A stretch of DNA of 63,732 nt, filler included, from Bigelowiella natans CCMP2755 (lineage: Eukaryota > Protista > Cercozoa): assembly GCA_000320545.1 (NCBI GenBank). It is 5 parts of 5 records of this genome, joined end to end, with 100 filler letters (N's around TTAATTAATTAA, not from the genome) between each part and the next. Parts side by side here need not be neighbours in the genome. Positions count along the whole stretch, not along the records: positions 29,341 to 53,256 come from ADNK01000948.1; 4 more parts are not named here. One strand, given 5' to 3'. How positions within the stretch are numbered: position 1 is the first letter of the stretch; the number at the start of each line of letters is the position of its first letter. The translations under genes were made by a program, and so were the position numbers. Shown here in pieces: positions 30,169 through 42,377 of the stretch. Under the pieces are notes generated by a model that saw nothing but the letters and a program-made list of their open reading frames with translations, was not told the DNA's origin and did no database searches.

Positions 30169-30541
30169 TATATTGTAATTGTGTCTATTCTAAGAGTAGT
30201 AGGCATGGTAATGTTATAGTTTCATTAGGTTATTATCACCATGATGATGTTTCCTTTTCTATGATGATGATGATGATAATGATGAGCAGCCAATACTTAT
30301 TTTTGGTCTTCTGCCAACTACTGGCTAGTACTTATTCGATACTATTACCTATACTCCTACAACATCTGATCATTTAAGATGATAAATGATGATGATGCTT
30401 GACCATGCATCATAATCCAGGCGATATCCATGGCCAATTTTCGGATCTTCTTCGGCTGTTGGTGGTTGGTGGTTTGCCTCCACATCAACGGTAGTGTCAG
30501 TTATTTTGCTAGTAGCAACCACATGTGCTGCATTTATCATC

Positions 30542-30588
<47 letters not shown>

Positions 30589-31116
30589 TCCTAACTTAAA
30601 TTTGTTACTTAGTTATTCAGTAACAATGATGAGGATGATAATGATGATGATGATATGTGATGACGGCAGCCAAGATATGAAAAATATTTGTAGTAAAAAC
30701 ACTATGGAAAACACAGATTTGTTTGAAACAACAACACTATTCATTCTAGCATCTACATTTCGATGGAAAAACATAATAAATAATCAGGTACTTGTTTTTG
30801 GGAGATTACGTCGACAGGTAGTTATAATTGCGTGTACGATGACAATAATGATGACGATCACGATCATGATGATGATGATGATAATATAATAAGACAAAAT
30901 TCTTTCTCTTAATTGCAGGTACTAATACTACTACAATAGCATCTTGTATTCAGAGAACATCATCATCACTACCAGCACCATTATCTCATTTAACGCCTCG
31001 TTTTCGAATAGAATAGCTTCTTAATAGTGTTGATAATTTACTACTACGACTAATCCAGGGGACCTCAATCGCTTGAAGTAGTCGCCCTCCTCTTTGCACT
31101 TAAACTAAGGTTCTAC

Positions 31117-31149
<33 letters not shown>

Positions 31150-31471
31150 CAGTTGGAACAGAAAAAGGAAGAGGAAGAAGAAACAAACACAGAGAGAGAG
31201 GGGGGGGAGGGGGGGGTAGGAGAAAGGATCAGGGTTGTGTAATGATATGCATCATTTAAGGAAACTTGAATTGTTTTATATGGAAATCGTGAATAGTACA
31301 GGATAGACTCTCATCTAGAGTACTATACTAGTAGTAGTAGTAGTAGTTGGTTGTAGCAGTTTCATGTGATGATGATGCTGTTCATTCACCGCTCTACCCA
31401 CATTTCTTCCTTCTGATCTCTTATAGTTTATCATCACAAAGGAGGGAGCTCATTGGCAGCATTTATTATTC

Positions 31472-31503
<32 letters not shown>

Positions 31504-31729
31504 GTTATCATTTTTATGATTTTAATCATATCTTTATATGTTTTTAAGTTTATGTTGTTTGTGTTTGTTTGATGATGATTGCTATGCTAGATATCCGAAC
31601 GATATCTTCTTGCTAAGGGGAAATCACGAATGCTCAGAAACGAATAAAGTAGTAGTCATCGTTGTAGTAATAGTAGTAATAGTAGCAATAGTAGTAATAG
31701 TAGTCATCGTACTAGTAACTGTAGTAGTG

Positions 31730-31760
<31 letters not shown>

Positions 31761-32641
31761 AGGGGAAACAATCCAATCAATGCATTTTCAGCAGAGTATT
31801 CAAATTATCATAAAATAATATTGAAAAGCAAGAATAAATAATAGCATACATCACCGATGACATGAAGAATGAATTTATATTTAACTTCAATAGAATATGT
31901 GTGTGTGTGTAACATAAAACATAAAATTTTATTGTTAATTAAGTTTCAATGAACTATCAATTAAGCGAGTAGTAGTAGTAGTAGTAGTAGAGGTAGTAGT
32001 AGTAGTAATAGTAGTAATAGTAGTAGTAGTAGTTGCAGTAGTAGTAGAAGCTTTGCTGTTATTTTAAGTGGTGATTGAATGAGTAATTTGTGTTATTTCC
32101 TCTTTTTGTCGTTATTATTATTGCTACTATTACCTTTACTTGATTCTCTCTATCATGACAATAAATAGGTATACGGTTTCTATGAAGAATGTATATTTAG
32201 ATACAATAGCTCAGGTGGGGAATAATTGTGCAATTATTATTATTAGTAGTAGTAGTATTAGTAGTAGTAGAAGTAGCAGTGGTAGAAGTACAGTATTATT
32301 ATCATAGTGTCGTATGGTATTATCACCATCATCATCATTGTCATCCTTCTCCTTTTTCTCAAGTTGCTAATAATGGATGATGATGGTGATAAAGTGGTAA
32401 ATGGAGGAGGAGGAGGAGGAGGAAATGTAGAGAGTGGTGGTGGTGGTGGTGGTGGTGATGGTGTGATCATGGAGAAAATATGGAAGACGACGATGATTAT
32501 AATGATGGTAATGATGACTACTGTTTAAATGGAAGGGCTGTGGCGGTTGATGAATGGCGCATTCAATTGCCTCCCAATCGCTGCTTTGGTACTACTACAA
32601 CGATGAAAATAATGATGAACATGATCATGAAGAAGATATGA

Positions 32642-32676
<35 letters not shown>

Positions 32677-33221
32677 ATAGCAGGTGATGATGCCCTTCTC
32701 CGTCTTGAACACCATGAGAACAGCAATAACATCACAGTCTCTCCATAACACTTGTAGTGCTGCTGCTGCTGCTGCTACTACTACTACTACTGCCACATCT
32801 TCTTATCTTCCCCCTCTCATACATGCATTGCATCATAGTAGTGACGATAGTAGTTTGCTACCTCTCACTCAAACCTAAAAACAACTACACACTCTCGCAT
32901 TTGTATACCATTTGCACCAGCTGTTTATGCTATTATTATCGACATTATCATTATCATCATTATCATCATTATCATCATTATCATCATCATCATCATCTAA
33001 TTATTATCAAGGTAAACAATCGAGTGTTTTGTGTACATGGGGGTCTTTCACCCAATCTCCAATCTTTGGATCAAATAAGAAGAATAACCAGGCCTGCAAA
33101 AGTTCCTGGTACTACTTATTGCTACTGATACTACTACTACTAGTAGTAGTAGTAGTAGTAGTAGTAGTATAATACCCATTTCCATACCAAACTACCAAAA
33201 TTGGGATAGGGAGGAGGAAGG

Positions 33222-33252
<31 letters not shown>

Positions 33253-35116
33253 AAAAAAAAAGAAAGGAAAAGGAAAATGATAATCAAAGTTCTATGGTGA
33301 TATTTAATTTCAGCATTTTTACAGTAGTTCTAATAGCTTTCATGGCGATGTTTAATTTCAGCATTTTACACTAATTATAGTAGCGGTGGTAGTAACAGTA
33401 GTGGTAGTAGTGCTTGTAGCCGTAGCTATGGTAGTAGTAGTGTAGTAGTAGAAAACTATGCTCATACTATCTAAACGACACTTCCGAATGAAATCAAATA
33501 TGTTTTAACCTATATCACTACTACTACTACTACTACTACTTTCTACAACTACTACTGCCCCAATGATATATTTTTGTCTACTATAGAAAGTGGGCTACTG
33601 TGCGATCTTCTATGGGCAGATCCAAAGGCAGGCAGCATTTAAACATCAACATCCACGAATATGATTAAGATGATGGTGATAATAATCATGATGATAATAT
33701 AAGTACTTGCTACCATATTGTCAAATACAAAGTCCGCATATGAGAGATCAGCATTCAAAGGAACACAACGACGAGTTGTTGACTAACTGAATGTTGCATC
33801 ATCATTATCATCATCTTCAATTTAAAGGAAAACCAGCAGGGTTATGCAGCAAACGAAGATCGCCAGATATCCTACTGTTTTGGCTCGGATGTAGTTGATA
33901 ACTTCAGAGAAAAGTAATAGTATTTGTTCAATTTTTCCGTGCGGGGGATAGAGCAGCTAGGAGGAGGAAAATGTGAATGGTTACGATGCAGCAGATAGAA
34001 TAAAGGAAAGAATCTTAAAATTAGTAATAACACCACCAAATATTTGCCATTGCTTTTTCTTTCTTTCTTTTTGAATAATAGATTTAATATCGACATTGTG
34101 TGTCGTGCTCACCAAGTGGCGGAGGAAGGGTAGTAATAGTAGTAGTAACAATAATAATCTCAAATAGATTATCCTTCAACAATTACATTATGGCCATCAT
34201 CATCGTCATTACCATCGTAACCTAATTAATTTCTATTCATTCCGATGTTCATGATCTTCCTCCTCCTCCTCCGCGTTGAAGAGATCACTATCTATCCCTT
34301 ATTATTGATTTTGCTTCAGCACTGTTACTTCTACTACTACTACTACAGCTGCTGCTGCTGCTACCACATGATAAACATTTGACAGAATTGTTAATTCTAG
34401 CTGTAGTATATTTGTAATGCCAGTACTAGTTTCGATGTGAATGTTTGAACGCCGCCCTGCCAAACACCACCTTGCATGCCTCTTCTTCTCTAATTCACTA
34501 TACATAATAATCAGGTACGAGTTCTTTGCTGGGAAATCTTTAGTCACAGTATTTTCCGCACCAGATTATTGCGGTGGCTACAGCAATGGGGCAGCCATTG
34601 TATGTTTCGACAGACAACTTCGATGTAAATTTCAGGTTGATTCCCGATAATATGTTGTCGTCATTACGTCACTCGACTTTTTCTAAGTATATCGTATATT
34701 TACAGCTCATTGATTCGTTTCTTTTTTCTTCTCTTTTAGTTTTTATGTACTTTGTTTGCCGAAACATTTCAGTAATTCAGCATAACTAATTTCAATAACT
34801 AAATCAGGTGATAAAGCCTCAGAGGCCTGGACAATCTTTGGCAACACGTCCTATGACCCCATATCCAGGATTGCAACAACAACAACAACAACAACAACAA
34901 CAAGGACGACAGCAACAACAGCAACAACACCAACAGGAGCAGCAGCAGCAGCTCGAACAAGACGTAGCTTATGATTACAAAACTGTATCATCGTCACCAT
35001 CATTTCGTCAGAAGGTCGGCCAAAGAAACGCAGATCACCAACAAAAGCCGCGAAATGACGATAACTACGATGTGGTAGATGATACGTTTATTGATCAATC
35101 CCAAGGGATTAGTTAA
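29811..35116 (+). CDS. PP1-like Ser/Thr protein phosphatase (PPP family) with Gln-rich C-terminal extension; ~13 exons, first exon uncertain
   Basis: PVKVVG|DIHGQFSDL (30421), [10 protein letters not shown] (30788), LLRGNHE (~31610), VYGFYEEC (32169), FCVHGGLSP (~33030), [11 protein letters not shown] (~33590), [11 protein letters not shown] (~33850), IVCRAHQV (~34095), [12 protein letters not shown] (~34540); last exon 34808-35116 with polyQ. Confidence 0.93.
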
Positions 35117-35129
35117 TTCTCTGCTCAAA

Positions 35130-36560
35130 CTTGTCACAGTATTGACACCGATGAATCAACCATGTGAGATTCCGTATGGTTCATTCATGATCATCATGTC
35201 CATGGAAGTTTATGAACATGATGAAACATATCAATGTGACAATTTATTTTGGATCACAGCATCACCAGTTTGGAAATGTTGGGATTTTTCCCAGCATTGT
35301 GCATGATGAGTTGTTGCGTGATGGTTGAATGAATGACCATCAGCACAACATGCAGTGAGCACTGAATGATGGCAAACTGTTGTTTTTTTGCCAATGCGCA
35401 ACTTGATGCCAACACACGCACAAATCGAGCGCTTGTGACAATCCTTCAACTAACAGATGTTTTGAGCTAGACATGAACGCATTTCTGACTCAAGGCACTC
35501 TCTAGCTAGCTGCAAGCTCTCAGCAATGACGCATCCAACTTGTCATTGCAGTTTCCATGAGCAATGTTTGTCGCAGCAGACCACCACACCATGCCCCACA
35601 TTTCATTTCCCATCTGCCGTCAGTAGGGGAACGACACAAAATTTTCATTTCAAAAATTCACCTACTGACGACCTACTGCTGAACTGAATTGCTAGAATGG
35701 CAAAATCGCACGAGCATGACATGTCAAGTGCCCCACATTTGATTTCCCATCAGCAATCAGTAGCAAAATGTGCGAAAATGCGCAACATGAAAGCTTTGCC
35801 TACTGACGACCTGCTGCTGAAGTGAATTGCTAGAATGACACACAGGACCACGGGCGCACCCAGCTCTCAGCACACGTGCACCTTGAACGTGTGTGGCTTG
35901 GTTCACGTGTCTTGTGCAACGTCTGTTTTTTGCACACCTGAACCGAGCTGCGTGTGTGTCGTGTGCGCGTGCACGCCTGTCTAGCTGTGGCCCCCACGGG
36001 CCATGGGCAAGTCTCAACAAAATCAAGTGCAATCACTTGGCGTGTGCTCATTCAAATGAACGTTGCGTTCATCACCACTGTGTGCATGCATGTGTGCATG
36101 TGCATGATGACTGCTGGACTGTGCGTGGCCTCATGGAGCTACGCAACTGTGCGTGGTATAGTGGCCTCATGGAGCTACGCATGAAATCCCAAATTGGACC
36201 GAAATTTGCTGCGCTAGACCAAAAAGTGCGCGCGCGATTTGTCAGATTGTTGTGCATGCCAGTGCACGTCGCTAGTTGCGAGCGTGCATGCACGCGCACG
36301 TGCATTGATGGTTTGTGGATGATGCTTGCAAAATCATGATTTTCAAGGCCATGCATGGGAGCGCACCACACGATGCACGTGGTAGCTGTGCATGTCAAAT
36401 CGCTTTTGTGCTGTGCTGATGTCTTCAATTTCGCAGTTTAGTCGCATGCTTGAGCAGACACAATTTCATTTACACAATTTTCAAATTCAAACAAGATCAG
36501 CATTGAGGCGCATTCCCCTGCAATTCTTTGTGCACATTGCATGGCAGCAGGTATTATTTC
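35130..36560. other. TpA-depleted intergenic island D between convergent PP1-like and response-regulator genes
   Basis: Surviving TA are mostly in CTAG/CTAC/GTAG; contains a ~110-bp diverged direct duplication and a 20-bp duplication (gtggcctcatggagctacgc at ~36125 and ~36161). Confidence 0.85.
35592..35837 (+). repeat. Diverged direct duplication with internal inverted repeat
   Basis: tgccccacattt...cctactgacgacct(a/g)ctgctgaa(c/g)tgaattgctagaatg occurs at ~35592-35699 and ~35728-35837; cgtcagtagg/cctactgacg form inverted arms at 35618/35661. Confidence 0.8.
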
Positions 36561-36749
36561 AATGAGGACTTGTTTTTCTACACCAACATATCATTTGAAC
36601 AATTTGTATATTTAAGTATTCAGAATCACTGAATGAGTTAATCCGTTGACTTGCAAAGAATTGTCTTGGAAAACGAAGTTCTCTCTCTTGTTTGTACGCT
36701 GTATCAAAACGGTAAACAAAAACTCCTTTACACTGTTGTGAAGAAATAT

Positions 36750-38340
36750 CTATCGCCTCTTGCTTTGCATTCGAAGCATAGTGCTTATTTGTCTGTTGCT
36801 CCGCGAAACGATTGTCTCCATAATAGTTTTTATCTTATGGAGAAGAAGCTGCTTTGTGAAGGGCTTCACTAAGAAATCTTGCGACCCTGATTGAATAGAT
36901 CTTTCCTTTCCAGTGTTACTTGTGTGTACTGCACTCATTAATATGATAGGGATATGCTTTGTGTTTTGGTCAGACATCACCCATTCAAGAAGCTTGAAGC
37001 CAGAGAGCTCAGGCATGGTTACGTCAGAAAGAATCATCCTGGTGATCTCCTTGTTTTTAGCTTCGTTTGTCCACTTTCGAATCGCTTTCCATGCTTCCAC
37101 ACCCGTTTTACAAGCAACAATTTTGTACTTGCTAGATGTAAGCCAACGACCGACTAACTTTCTTGTAACAATATCGTCATCTACAACCATAATTTCGACT
37201 TTCGAAGGATCGTAATCGAATTCTTTTATTTCATCTTTATTACCAGTAATCTCGTGATAATTACGGATCATTTTTTTGTAGAAAGCATTTTCCAGCACGG
37301 TACCCACCTTCTTTAACAGGTGTTTCTTCCCCACAGGCTTCGATAAGAAATCAGTAACCCCAGATGCATAAGCTTTCTCAGCAGCGTTCGAGGAGCTCAT
37401 TAAGATCACTGGGATATGACGCAGCGAACCGTTTTCTGATTTTCTAATTCTTCTAGTTAAATCGCAACCACCTATCCTCGGTAGTTCTAAATCAGACACA
37501 AATAGATCAAATGGCTGCGACTGAAGAAGCTTCCAGGCCTCTTCACCGTCTGCAATTTTCTGCACCTTAAAAGATGACCGAAATAGCCAACGAGATATAA
37601 GCGTACTTGACATCCTATGAGCAACAGCAAGTAGAATACGTGCACCCTTTGAGCTCTCAAGTACTGCCTCGACAATATCACCGGATTGATTATCGATGCT
37701 CATTTTCCCGGCTGTTAATAAATTATAAAAAATCGGGTCAAATTCGTTATACTCTTGTATTTTCTCATCAACGTAGAACTGATATGCTTATTTTTCATCT
37801 AAATTCTACATCCTCATGTGGCATACCGCTCTCTCCATCAGCATCTTCCACGCTGAAACATTTCTTGATTTCTATAAGTTGCTGAATTTGCGTCTCCAGC
37901 ATATGGGCGTCACTGAACATGACAGTTTCCATTGACATTGCATCGATTTCTGCAACCACCTCAGCCATACTCTTGGCCTTTTTTTTCCCACTAATACGAT
38001 CAAGCGCGGCAAAGGATGACTCGCGAAAACGAAGATATAGATCAAAGGCCTTATCGTGGTTCTTGCCCATGTTGTTTTGTACAAAGCCCATCCCCGATCG
38101 TACAGTGGATAACTTTTCCTGCAACTTTTCGTGCTCCTCTTCCCGTCCTTGTTGCTTAGCGTAATTCTTATCCAACATCATGAAAGCATTCTGAAGCTAT
38201 TATTAGGAAAAAAATTATTTCGCATACCCTGATTTCCTATTTCCACTAGTCAAGACAAATTACCTTTGGCGTGGCGAAACTCCGTACAACAACTTTAGGA
38301 GTCTCTTTCACATCGAAACGATCTTTAACCTCCATGCTAT
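36750..38340 (-). CDS. Response regulator with two tandem CheY-like receiver domains and an N-terminal helical region
   Basis: REC1: RILLAV...FDLFVSDLELPRIGG...IPVILMSS...DFLSKP. REC2: IMVVDDD...MILSDVTMPELSG...IPIILMSA...DFLVKPF. Upstream exon-like ORF 37795-38181 and ~38264-38337. Confidence 0.9.
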
Positions 38341-39971
38341 GTATTAGAGAGAAGATGATAATGGGTGAACTCAAACAAACCAAAGGCATGTAGGTTAGAT
38401 CTTACGAGTGACCCTTCTCTCTGACGAAGTCTTTGCTCGAATGATCACCGAAAGCTATGTAATTGAATGAAGTCCGAAGCAGCAGCCCACGCAGCAGCAG
38501 CCCAGCACGTAGTTTGTAGAAGGAAGTCTAACAATCTGCGATGCGGACAACGAGCCTCCTACTTGTTATAACGATTTTTCCTTTAGCACACACACCCGAG
38601 TATTGAGTGCGGACGACGAGGGTGTATCCTTACTTTGAAAAACACTTAGACAAAACTTATATCGAATAATATCTATACGAATCATAATGACTATGATGAT
38701 AATGATGGTGAAATACATTCCAAACATACGACAATACAAGACAACTACAACCAAAATTACGATATATCTAGGATGCATTCTCCTCTGTTTATCTCATGAT
38801 ACTCATCCACAAATTACATGTACCACAAATCCACCCCTCGTTTACACCCTTAACCCAAGGCCGTTTTAGCCTTGTCGTAGGAGGAAATTCTCCATTACAT
38901 ACTCGTACCTTGTATTGTCCAAAAAATACCGAAATTTTGTTTTTAGTTTTGGAAACTTGTTCCGACATGTAATAAAAATAAGACTCAATAATCCCTGAAA
39001 TAATCGAAATCTTTTGTGAAGTCGATACTTTTTCACACTAGATCACATTTCATGCATTTATAATCTCCATTTAGCACCTACATTCGGCATTCGATACCCG
39101 ATGCACGTAGATCTAGATATAGCTAAGAATTACATACCCGAATAAATATTTTTCAAATTCGGCTGGAGGGAAAGGTTATGGGTTAACTTGCCCATCCAGT
39201 TGAAGAAAAATAGGCATTTTTAGGTTTTTTTAATGTAAATAATTTTTATAATTTCTTGAAGGAGCCTTTAGATCTAATTCAATGATCATCTTGCTTTTGC
39301 ATTCCATGGATTGTCTTTTCACTCAAAAAAAATGGTTAATTTTCAGATTTTAAGACGCTAGAATGTTTACACATCAGAATGTTTTTACTTAGTTAATTTC
39401 AGTTTAATTTATGAAATTTGAGAGTCGTTCATAGAAAATTAAAAACATATCCATGATTATGTTAAGAAAGTGTGCTGTCTCTCAAAATCTACTCTTTCAA
39501 TCAAAACGGTCTGCACATAACTTGCCAGTGTTTTCATGAACAAACATTTCTATCTCATTATCGTTTTAATCTTAAAATTTGACAATACACATTGTCTTTT
39601 TTCGTAATTCAAATACGAAGTACATGTGAAACATGGAGTTCCACTTGTCGATTTTAAAATTACCAGGTATTTAAAATTATGTCCAATGCACCATGCACAA
39701 TTTTTATTACTGAGTTTCAAAAAGTATGAATTTCAAAGTAAAGGCTGGTTCCAGGCGTTTTATTAAGGCTACAATAACATAGATTAGATGTTAGCGACAA
39801 CATGTTCAACCTTGTCTCATACGAACAAACATGGTAATTCGAGCGAGTTAAGTCGACATCCAACGGATGTGTATGGTTTAAAAAAATCGTGCAAGGTGTG
39901 CAAATTCTCAACGAAAGAAGCAGCAAAATCACAAACCAAAACGGCCACCCCCTTTCCCCTTAATTTGGAAT

Positions 39972-40415
39972 ATGCCTGCTAAAGCTGCTAGCCACCCTAC
40001 GTTTTCTATCATGGTATGCGAGGCCGTGAACGAGTTAACAGCGCCTCGTAAGCCAGTATCCCGTCAAAGTATCAAAAAGTACATTATGGAGAACTACAAA
40101 GGTTTAGGAGCTGATACACAATATGATCGCTTCATGGGGCGTTTGAGACTTGCAATCCGCCGTCTGGTTGCAAGTGATGCTCTTATTGCGGTAACTAAGG
40201 GCTCATTCAAGCTCTCCGATAAGGGTAAGAAAAACGTAACAAAGAAGGCTGCCCCTAAAAAAAAGGGAAAAACCACCTCAAAAAAGAAAACTACCACAAA
40301 GAAGAAATCCGCTACGAAAAAAGCTGCTCCTAAAAAGAAGGCTAGCTCTAAGAAGAAGACTACCAAGAAGTCTGCAAAGAAAAAGACCTCTAAGACAGGA
40401 GCAAAGAAGAAGTAA
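39972..40415 (+). CDS. Linker histone H1/H5 (winged-helix H15 domain plus Lys-rich tail), intronless
   Basis: SHPTFSIMVCEAV...SRQSIKKYIMENY...LRLAIRRLV...KGSFKL followed by KKAAPKKK/KKTT repeats. Confidence 0.92.
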   Translation: MPAKAASHPTFSIMVCEAVNELTAPRKPVSRQSIKKYIMENYKGLGADTQYDRFMGRLRLAIRRLVASDALIAVTKGSFKLSDKGKKNVTKKAAPKKKGKTTSKKKTTTKKKSATKKAAPKKKASSKKKTTKKSAKKKTSKTGAKKK

Positions 40416-40759
40416 TAGACGAAGAAGGCAGAGTCCCTCGGGCTAATTTCTAAAGGACGACGAATAGTGACTGTTCGAATATCTTCGGTTTTGCAATACA
40501 ACTATTGTACTTAGATTACTCCATCGTCTCAATTGTATTTTCTTAATTCTTATCCAAGTTCCAAAAGGCTTGAACGAGTATGCCAACAACAATTAGTCAA
40601 TCTTCTTTGAAAGACGTGTTTTTCCTCAATGTATGCAGACAATCACATTCAAATGTGTTTCTCTGTAAGTATGGACTAGTTTGGATTTGTGATAGACAGG
40701 AAAAGGATGCAGTGTTTTCTGGGATACTTCTGTCATCACAGAATATACACAAGCCACTT

Positions 40760-41830
40760 TTTTCATGATGACTTAATCAATCTTGATTCCATGATGCCAA
40801 TGATTTCATTTGCCCTGTTCACCCAGCCGTTCTGTTCATTGCAATTTGTTTGCATGATGCTCTAAGAGTGACAATTTCTGGTGCCAACAACTGACAAAAG
40901 TTGCACCACGCTCTAGCGCTCGTGAATAGACGACCAAATAAAAAGTGCGCGTCGATTTGGTCGATTTGCGTACTTTTTTCGCTTTTTGAGCAAAAAAAGT
41001 GATGCAATTTCGTCTATACGTCCCAAATGGACTTTCAGACAAACGGTTGCATTTTCACACTTGACTAGCGTGATGATTGCAACAAGCCACTTTTTGATGC
41101 ATTTCGAGCAAATGCGCGAGCGCTGCCAACGTCATGTGAATTTTCACATCTACACGTTCGCATTTTTCAAATGGCGCGTTTTTCATATTATGACACAAAA
41201 CGTGCAGAAACGTGTGCACGTGATGCGCGCGCGCGACATTGTTGCAGTTGAATGCGTCCGCCTCGGCACGCAGAGGAATGCGCAGCAGGAAAAAGAATGT
41301 TAATTGTGCAAAAATTCCATTGCAAACCCATGCAACCTGCCATGTCGTGCGCGGGGTTTCATCAAGCCAGTTGTGAGTGGCTTCAAGAAATTTGCACACA
41401 AATAACATCAGAGCAACACACATGCTCATGTGCACACCTGCAGGTCTTCGGACAGCTAGAGGGTGGATGTAGAAATACTATAATGACTTGAGATGGATGA
41501 AACAATTCAAAACAATATTTGCTTGATCGATGATGTGAATTTTCTTTCGTTTTGTCAACACATTTGAGCATGCTTTATTGGGAGTTGGAGCCCTTTGACC
41601 GTGCATGCAATTTGCGGGAAAGGCGCCATGTTGATCGTGCTCCATCCGCAGATGCTGCTCGCCGCGGCGCTCAAGCACCACAGATTGGTACTACACAACG
41701 AGCTACGGAGTTGGTCGCATTTGTTAGTAGCACCTTGATCTCAAAGAAAGACGCTTTTCACCTACATGAATGTAACTCATGACTACATTAATACGACAAA
41801 AAGCATCTAATTAACAAAAGCACATGTGTG
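40760..41830. other. TpA-depleted intergenic island E between convergent H1 and helicase genes
   Basis: Reduced TA and abundant tgca/catg/gcgc; a few TA survive. Confidence 0.75.
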
Positions 41831-41873
41831 ATCATAATGATTGAGACAGAATTCACCTATTGCTTTTAATTTT

Positions 41874-42272
41874 TCATTTTCTGAATTTCCAAATCTGTAG
41901 CAGTTTTGGTTGACATTCTTTCCAAACGTACATCCATTTTTCCTTGCCCAGCATATCCAATGCGCCCAAGTAACCTGTCAAAAGAATATTTACACTGGGA
42001 TAATATGTGTACGTACAGGTTGTTGAGATGATCCATTCTCACAAATAAAAATGCGATACCTTCTCGTTCATCATAGTCGGTTGGTGTCCGAACACAATCA
42101 ACCCGCTTCTTGCACGAGTTAGCATTACATTTGATCGTTTCCTGAAATTATCAAATTTGCGGAATTTTTATTAGTACAAGTAAGGTTTTAACAGTATGAA
42201 ATATCATCCTGAGATTTTGGCCGTCGTTATTTGGATCTTGTATTTAAATATTTACTTATTACGAAGATTCTT

Positions 42273-42310
<38 letters not shown>

Positions 42311-42326
42311 ATAAATAAATAAATGG

Positions 42327-42377
<51 letters not shown>

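Noticed and set aside
40094-40501. Phe-rich 135-aa ORF resembling a membrane protein
   Set aside because: Antisense shadow of the Lys-rich histone H1 tail.
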